Below are positions 58,491 through 64,000 of a stretch of DNA of 64,000 nucleotides, piece by piece (the first letter of the stretch is position 1; each line of letters begins with the position of its first letter). Under the pieces are notes generated by a model, which was not told where the DNA came from, ran no database searches, and saw only the letters and a program-made list of their open reading frames with translations. This DNA is from Dehalococcoidia bacterium (GTDB taxonomy: Bacteria > Chloroflexota > Dehalococcoidia > Bin125): contig OZ251529.1 in assembly GCA_965243125.1 (NCBI GenBank), forward strand, positions 2,452,312-2,516,311. The letters are read 5' to 3'. The position numbers were made by a program, and so were the translations under genes.

Positions 58491-59351
58491 GGGGTGTTGG
58501 GCGGCGAAGGTTTGGATGAGGTGGTCGGCGCGGTGGAAGGCGGTGTTGGGGTGGCGCTGGATGTGGTCGAGCAGGCGGTCGAGCATTTTGAGGCGGCCGG
58601 GGCGTCCGATGATGTAGGGGTGCATGGTGAGGGTGAAGACGCCGCCGCGGGCGTAGAGCTCGTCGAAGGCGTCGCGCCAGGCGGCGTAGACGTGTTCGGG
58701 GGCGGCCATCAGGCGGCGTCCGTCGGTGGGGGCGAAGACGAAGTAGGGGTAGTCGTCGAGCGCCCAGTGGATGGGGAGTTCGGCGAGGCCGGGCGCGGCC
58801 CAGTAGGGGGCGTCGCCGCCCATCAGGCTGGAGTCGTAGCGGAAGCTGCGCTCACGCAGGAGATCGAGCGAGTGGTCGCTCAGTTCCCAGGACGGGGAGC
58901 GGTAGCCGACGGGGGCTTCGCCGGTGATGCCTTGCAGGATTTCGGAGCCGCGGTCAAGCACCTCGGCTTCCTGTTCGGCGGAGAGGGTGGCGGGCGGCTC
59001 GTGGAGGTAGCCGTGATGGCCGATTTCGTGTCCGGCGGCGGCGATTTGTTCGACGGTGTGCGGGTTGCGCTCGGCGATCCAGCCGGGCACGTAGAACGAG
59101 GCGGGGATGGCGCGCTCTTCGAGCAGGGCGAGGATGTGGGGCACGGCGACGGCGGGGCCGTAATCGCCGAATGAGCGGGCCGAGGGGCGCTGCTCGATGG
59201 CGGGGTCGCGGTTGATCATCCCTGATGCGCCGTCGACATCAAAGGAGATGACGACGGCGCAGCGGTTGGCGTCGCGCGCGGGCTGCAACGCCGCGCCGCA
59301 GCCCGCGCAGTAGCGCTCCTCGCTTGTCCGGCCGCAATGCGGGCAGGGCAT
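58488..59351 (-). CDS. Polysaccharide deacetylase (NodB-homology, CE4) with N-terminal zinc-ribbon
   Basis: N-terminal CPHCG...CAGCG, then 'VISFDVDG' (motif 1, D-D), 'HEIGHHGYLH' (motif 2) and 'LTMHPY' regions of CE4 enzymes. Confidence 0.8.
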   Translation of the reverse strand: MPCPHCGRTSEERYCAGCGAALQPARDANRCAVVISFDVDGASGMINRDPAIEQRPSARSFGDYGPAVAVPHILALLEERAIPASFYVPGWIAERNPHTVEQIAAAGHEIGHHGYLHEPPATLSAEQEAEVLDRGSEILQGITGEAPVGYRSPSWELSDHSLDLLRERSFRYDSSLMGGDAPYWAAPGLAELPIHWALDDYPYFVFAPTDGRRLMAAPEHVYAAWRDAFDELYARGGVFTLTMHPYIIGRPGRLKMLDRLLDHIQRHPNTAFHRADHLIQTFAAQHP

Positions 59352-59355
59352 CTCC

Positions 59356-60399
59356 TTAGGAGAAGTCCGTGATCGTCGTGAAGCCCATCGTCTGGAAAGT
59401 GGTCATGGAGTCGACTACCGCCGGGACGTCGTTGATGCTGATGCGCTCGCCGATGATCGTCTCCGGATGGAGCTTGCCCGACGCGACCATGTTGAGCATG
59501 GCGGGGTAGTTCTGGTTGGGCAGGCCGAGCGAGCCGCGGAACTCGATTTCGCTCATCGTGATCAAGTCGATGGGGAGACCGACCTCGCCGGCTTCGGCGG
59601 CGGAGGTGATGCCGATCTGCACGTGAACGCCGCCTTTGCGGAGGGAGTTGACGGAGTTGAGCATCGTGGCTTCGATGCCGAGCGCGTCGACGGAGACCTG
59701 CGCGCCGCCGCCGGTGATTTCCTTGACCTGCTCGGGCACATCGCCGTCGGTGGCGTTGATCGTCTCCAGCGCGCCCTCGCTGCGGGCTTTGGAGAGCTTG
59801 GTCTCGTCGAGGTCGACGGCGACGACCTGCGCGCCGAGGGCGGCGGCGACCTGGATGGCGGAGAGGCCGATGCCGCCGCAGCCGTTGACGACGACCCAAT
59901 CGCCGCCGCGCACGCCGCCGCGGTCGGCGACGCCGTGGTAGCTGGTCATGAAGCGGCAGCCCATCGCGGCGCCGGCCTCGAAGGAGATGCTGTCGGGCAG
60001 GGGGATGGCGTTGAAGTCGGCGTTGGAGATGACGGCTTTCTGGGCGAAGCCGCCGGCGAAGGCGGCATTGTTGTCGCAGATGTTGGGGAAGCCGCGGCGG
60101 CAGAGGTCGCAGTTGCCGCAGCCGTTGTGGAAGGGGGTGAGCACGCGCATGCCGGGGCGGATGTGCTGGACTTCGGCGCCGACCTGCTCGACGGTGCCGG
60201 CCCATTCGTGTCCGAGCACGGCGGGCATGGGGATCTGGAAGCCGACCCAGGAGAGGTCGCCCTGCCAGAGGTGCCAGTCGCTGCGGCAGACGCCGCAGGC
60301 TTCGACGCGCACGAGCGCGTCGCGGGGACCGCATTGGGGTTCGTCGAATTCGCGCACCACCAGCGGTTCGCGGAGGGCTTCCATCACTACGGCTTTCAC
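59356..60399 (-). CDS. Zinc-dependent medium-chain alcohol dehydrogenase
   Basis: 347 aa; 'GVCRSDWHLWQGD' (the catalytic Zn Cys-His region), structural-Zn 'CGNCDLCRRG', and 'VVNGCGGIGLSAIQVAAALGA' Rossmann motif. Confidence 0.9.
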   Translation of the reverse strand: MKAVVMEALREPLVVREFDEPQCGPRDALVRVEACGVCRSDWHLWQGDLSWVGFQIPMPAVLGHEWAGTVEQVGAEVQHIRPGMRVLTPFHNGCGNCDLCRRGFPNICDNNAAFAGGFAQKAVISNADFNAIPLPDSISFEAGAAMGCRFMTSYHGVADRGGVRGGDWVVVNGCGGIGLSAIQVAAALGAQVVAVDLDETKLSKARSEGALETINATDGDVPEQVKEITGGGAQVSVDALGIEATMLNSVNSLRKGGVHVQIGITSAAEAGEVGLPIDLITMSEIEFRGSLGLPNQNYPAMLNMVASGKLHPETIIGERISINDVPAVVDSMTTFQTMGFTTITDFS

Positions 60400-60522
60400 G
60401 GCGTCGTCCTTTCCAGCGCCCCCTGACTGAATGGGGGGCGTGCGTGGTTTGGTGGGAGTGTAGCGATTTCAGCGCGGCGCCGTCGCGGCGGGGTAGTATG
60501 GCAGTCGAAGGCGAGGCTGCGC

Positions 60523-61317
60523 ATGGAACGTGAGCTGCTGATCGGGATGGCCGGGCCGGGCGTTGAAGCGTCGCGGTTTCCCCTCGGCGATCTGTTCGGC
60601 ATTTTCAAGCCGATCGAGGCGGCTGTGCGGGCGATCATTGCCGACGAAGCGGACGATTGCGATGCCGGCATCAATTGGATCATCGGCGGGGGCGGCAGTG
60701 AGCGGCGCGAGGCGCGAATGACGCTCTTCCCGCCGGGCTGGCCGCAGCACGATGGTCTCGCGGGCGTGCCCGATCCGCTGCAACACCTGGTCGACGGGGT
60801 GGGCAGCGATCCGACCGATCTGCCGCCGGCGGCGATCGCTGCGCTCGGCGAGGTCGCCGCCGCAATCCCGACGGACGACGATGTGGTGCGGATGCGCTAC
60901 GACTGGACGATCGCGTCGTTCGGGCGTCAACTGGCGCGGACGCCAGATGAGGGACCGCGGAGCGAGCTGCACGGCTGGCTTTGGAGGGTGGATTGCGAGC
61001 GGCGGACAGCGCGGCTGCAAGTGCCGAAGAAGAACGGACAAGCGCCGTTCGCCGCGATTCTCGAATTCGACGGCGCGCTGTCGGAGGTCGCGGAGCGTCT
61101 GGAGCGGAGCAGCGTTTGCGCGTCCGTCTTTGAGTGCGACGAGCCGCTGGGGACGCTGCCTCGCTTTCAGGTGCGCGAGCTTGAGCCGCATCCGTGCCGA
61201 CACATCCCGCCGGGCACGAAGCTGTTCCGCTGGCCAACGAAGGACGAGGCGCTCGCCGCCGACGGGGTTGACGAATTTCTCGACGAGACGTACGCGGCGC
61301 GAAGAGGCGAGGACTAA
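60523..61317 (+). CDS. Hypothetical protein (264 aa) immediately upstream of a PIN-domain gene
   Basis: ORF with no recognisable motif; its stop lies 3 nt before the PIN gene start. Confidence 0.4.
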   Translation: MERELLIGMAGPGVEASRFPLGDLFGIFKPIEAAVRAIIADEADDCDAGINWIIGGGGSERREARMTLFPPGWPQHDGLAGVPDPLQHLVDGVGSDPTDLPPAAIAALGEVAAAIPTDDDVVRMRYDWTIASFGRQLARTPDEGPRSELHGWLWRVDCERRTARLQVPKKNGQAPFAAILEFDGALSEVAERLERSSVCASVFECDEPLGTLPRFQVRELEPHPCRHIPPGTKLFRWPTKDEALAADGVDEFLDETYAARRGED

Positions 61318-61319
61318 CG

Positions 61320-61754
61320 TTGCCGCCGGATGTCAGCTACACGGCCGACACAAACGCCGTTTCGTACATCATCACGAGACACCCGCTGGCGGCTCGTTAC
61401 GCGCATCTGTTTGAGGGTGACGCGACGATCGAGATTTCGTTTCAGGCGCTGGCGGAGCTGCGGGTCGGGCTGCGAATGCTGAACTGGGATCGACGACGTT
61501 TCGATGCGGTGATGTCGCACTTTGTGGAGGTACCGCTCAGCTCCTTGGCGGAGCAGATCTGGGTGGATGTGCGCGCCGACTCGATCGCCCGGCATCGCAA
61601 CAGGGGCGGCCGCGCGATATCGGCTGCCGACGCCTGGATCGCAGCGACGGCGATGGCGATCCCATGCCCGCTGATCACGCACAACATGCGCGATTTCCGC
61701 GGGATTCGCGGACTCGCACTCGCGCCCGGGACGGACGCGAGCGGGCGGGTATGA
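61320..61754 (+). CDS. PIN-domain (VapC-like) ribonuclease
   Basis: 144 aa; 'YTADTNAVSYI' (N-terminal Asp), 'SFQALAELRVG', 'SAADAWIAATAMAIPCPLITHNMRDF' (C-terminal acidic residues) match the PIN/VapC layout. Confidence 0.75.
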   Translation: MPPDVSYTADTNAVSYIITRHPLAARYAHLFEGDATIEISFQALAELRVGLRMLNWDRRRFDAVMSHFVEVPLSSLAEQIWVDVRADSIARHRNRGGRAISAADAWIAATAMAIPCPLITHNMRDFRGIRGLALAPGTDASGRV

Positions 61755-61761
61755 CGCGGGC

Positions 61762-62550
61762 CTAGCCGTGGAAGTTGGGGTCGCGCTTTTCGAGGAAGGC
61801 GGCGAGGCCCTCGACAGCTTCGGGGCGGCGGGCGGCGTCGGTGATGGCGCGGGTTTCCTGCTCCATCTGGGATTCGAGGGTGTCGTTGAAGGAGGCGTGG
61901 TAGAGGCGCTTGGCCGCGCCGATGGTGTCGGTGGGGCCGGCGGCGAGTTGGGCGCCCAGCGCCGCCGCGGCGCTTTGCAGCTCGTCGTCGGGGACGACGC
62001 GGTTGAGCATGCCCCAGTCGAGCGCTTCCTGGGCGGAGAGCATGCGGTTGGTCATCGAGAGTTCGAGCGAGCGACGCAGGCCGACCATGCGGGGCAGGAA
62101 GTAGGTGGAGGAGCCGTCGGGCGTGAGGGCGATGCGGGAGTAGGCCATCGTGAAGCGGGCGGACTCGGCGGCGATGGCGAGGTCGCCGATCAGGGCGAGG
62201 CTGAAGCCCGCGCCGGCTGCGGTGCCGTTGATCGCGCAGACCAGCGGCGCGTTCATCCGCGCGAAGCGGGAGACGGCGGCGTGCAGGTAGGTGGTGAGCA
62301 GCTTGATCTCGGTGGCCATCTCCGGGCCGGCTGGCGGGAAGGCCTTGAGGTCGGCGCCGGCGCAGAACATGCGGCCCGTGCCGGTCAGCACGACGGCGCG
62401 CACATCGGGGTCGTCATCGCAGCGGATCGAGGCGTCCATCAGCTCTTCGCCCATCCGCATGGTGAGGGCGTTGGCGGCTTCAGGGCGGTTGAAGGCGATC
62501 GTGGCGACGCCGTCGGTCAGGTCCCAGGCGAGCGTTTCGTATGCGGGCAT
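61762..62550 (-). CDS. Enoyl-CoA hydratase/isomerase (crotonase family)
   Basis: 262 aa; 'AANALTMRMGEEL', 'VVLTGTGRMFCAGADLK' and 'CAINGTAAGAGFSLALIGDLAIAAE' oxyanion-hole regions. Confidence 0.9.
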   Translation of the reverse strand: MPAYETLAWDLTDGVATIAFNRPEAANALTMRMGEELMDASIRCDDDPDVRAVVLTGTGRMFCAGADLKAFPPAGPEMATEIKLLTTYLHAAVSRFARMNAPLVCAINGTAAGAGFSLALIGDLAIAAESARFTMAYSRIALTPDGSSTYFLPRMVGLRRSLELSMTNRMLSAQEALDWGMLNRVVPDDELQSAAAALGAQLAAGPTDTIGAAKRLYHASFNDTLESQMEQETRAITDAARRPEAVEGLAAFLEKRDPNFHG

Positions 62551-62644
62551 TCGTCGTTCCTCCGTTGCGTGCTGCGCGCGCGGTTGGTGGGCGGGAACAG
62601 TCTATCGCGCGCCCGTATGATCGCTGCGAGGGGAGGCGATTCCA

Positions 62645-63406
62645 ATGCCGCAGATCAGAGATGTGGACGTGCCGGTTTCGGACGGCGAGATGCGGGCGGC
62701 GCTGGCGCTGCCCGACGCTCGCGGCGCGGCAGCCGCGGGGCTGCTGGTGCTGCACGAGTTGGGCGGGCTGAACGAGGACATCCGTCGGATCGCGCTGCGC
62801 TTTGCGGAGCACGGCTACACGGCGCTCGCGCCGGACCTCTACTCGGTGGGTCCGCCGAAGCCGATCTGCATCAGGCGCACGATGCGCTCGCTGGACAGCG
62901 GCACGGGGCGGGTGTTCGCGGATCTTGAGGCGGCGCAGCGCTATCTGGCCGGGCTGGAGGGCGTGGATGCGGCTCGGCTGGGCGTGGCGGGCTTCTGTAT
63001 GGGCGGCTCGTTCGCGATCTTGCACGCGGTGCGCGCGCCGGTCGGCGCGGCTGCGGTCTTCTACGGGCGGGTGCCGCGTAGGGCGGAGGAGATTGACGGG
63101 ATCTGCCCCGTCGTGGCCGGCTACGGCGGGCGCGATCGGATGTTTGCGGAGCAGCCCGGGCGCCTGCGCGAGCACCTTGAGGCGCTCAATGTGCCGCACG
63201 ACATCGAGGTCTATCCCGACGCCGGGCACTCCTACATGAACCAGTTGGGCGGGCCGCGCCCGCTGCGGGCGCTGATGCGTCGCGGACGGCTGGCGTTGGG
63301 CTACCACCGCGAGTCGGCGGAAGACAGCTGGCGTCGGATGCTGGCGTTTTTCGCGGAGCACCTCGACGCAGCTGCGGCGGAACATCCAGCGGACAGCGGA
63401 CGTTAG
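62645..63406 (+). CDS. Dienelactone hydrolase family protein
   Basis: 253 aa; 'GVAGFCMGGSFA' nucleophile elbow (G-x-C-x-G), and Asp/His regions later. Confidence 0.8.
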   Translation: MPQIRDVDVPVSDGEMRAALALPDARGAAAAGLLVLHELGGLNEDIRRIALRFAEHGYTALAPDLYSVGPPKPICIRRTMRSLDSGTGRVFADLEAAQRYLAGLEGVDAARLGVAGFCMGGSFAILHAVRAPVGAAAVFYGRVPRRAEEIDGICPVVAGYGGRDRMFAEQPGRLREHLEALNVPHDIEVYPDAGHSYMNQLGGPRPLRALMRRGRLALGYHRESAEDSWRRMLAFFAEHLDAAAAEHPADSGR

Positions 63407-63463
63407 TACATTGCAGGCAGCGCGGCGCGAGGAGCGCCGCGGCCGGCGATGGGCAATCGGCGC

Positions 63464-63470
63464 AAGGAGG
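63464..63470 (+). promoter_or_regulatory. Shine-Dalgarno (aaggagg)
   Basis: 7 nt upstream of the ATG at 63477. Confidence 0.55.
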
Positions 63471-63476
63471 CGAACG

Positions 63477-64000
63477 ATGGCAACGAGCAAACGGATGCGA
63501 GTGATCGGCGGGCCGGCGCTGGCGGGGCTGGCGCTGCTCGCGATCGTGGTCTGGACGCTAACGGGCGCGCAGGCGCAGACGCCTGAGACCGTGAGCGAGA
63601 CGGCGGCGGATACGGAGACGACGACGATCACGGTGCAGGGCGCGGCGTCGCGCTCGCTGACGACGGATCAGACGACGATCGCGTTCACGGTCAGCGCGCT
63701 GGCGGAGCGGGCGCAGAGCGCGGTGCAGCAGGCGGAGACGGCGCTGGCGGCGGTGACCGCGCGGCTGCGCTGGCTGAGCGGCGTGGACCACGAGCAGCTG
63801 TTCACGCGCAACGTGTCGCTGTTCGAGGAGTTCGACTGGACCGACAGCGGGCGGGTGTCGCGCGGCTACCGCTACAACCACGCGCTGAGCCTTCAGGTTG
63901 AGGGCACCGACAAGGCGGGCGCGGTGATCGATGCGATCGTCAGCGCCGGCGAGGGGTCGGTGGCGATCAACAACGTGTCGTTCTCGGCGTCGAACCGGGC
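63477..64000 (+). CDS. SIMPL/DUF541-family periplasmic protein, partial (runs off the window end)
   Basis: Signal peptide, then 'ITVQGAASRSLTTDQTTIAFTVSA...AIDAIVSAGEGS', typical of SIMPL (BP26-like) proteins. Confidence 0.6.
   Translation, partial: MATSKRMRVIGGPALAGLALLAIVVWTLTGAQAQTPETVSETAADTETTTITVQGAASRSLTTDQTTIAFTVSALAERAQSAVQQAETALAAVTARLRWLSGVDHEQLFTRNVSLFEEFDWTDSGRVSRGYRYNHALSLQVEGTDKAGAVIDAIVSAGEGSVAINNVSFSASNR

Overview
Very GC-rich (roughly 70%) bacterial chromosomal window. Gene content (F420-type enzymes, Uma2 endonucleases, an inositol/phosphatidylinositol lipid cluster) is compatible with Chloroflexota or Actinomycetota, but I cannot assign a taxon. Most of the window is housekeeping metabolism: glutamate synthase large subunit, AMP-forming and ADP-forming acetyl-CoA synthetases, 2-hydroxyacid dehydrogenases, a family III CoA-transferase, HtrA protease and MFS transporters. 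The strongest candidates for the undescribed system are the two accessory segments, 32.1-37.0 kb and 45.9-52.0 kb, which carry the putative defence genes. Three things stand out. (1) Two hairpin-rich intergenic repeat families occupy many sizeable intergenic gaps (at least 12 REP/MITE-like copies, some expanded into ~31-bp tandem arrays, plus a second 350-550-bp composite element in 3 copies). They generate many spurious ORFs in the six-frame track. (2) A lower-GC insertion sits at the 3' end of acs (32.2-36.5 kb). A secreted Trp-rich protein gene lies between two 158-bp direct repeats of the acs 3' end that differ only at synonymous sites. Downstream of copy 2 follow two tandem tail-anchored small proteins, a DUF4238 protein that I recall as a phage-defence family, and a co-directional double excisionase-type HTH protein. 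(3) A second accessory patch (45.9-52.0 kb) has tandem Uma2 endonuclease paralogs, a GmrSD-family (DUF262-DUF1524) type IV restriction enzyme convergent with a coiled-coil tail-anchored protein, two more tail-anchored mini-proteins, and a decayed duplicate of the junction. There is also a coherent inositol/phosphatidylinositol(-mannoside)-like lipid cluster (38.5-45.9 kb), tandem retropepsin-like genes, and a large hypothetical protein next to a PIN (VapC-like) gene. No rRNA, tRNA, CRISPR array, integrase or transposase was recognised. Coordinates derived by hand from the ORF track may be off by 1-3 nt.
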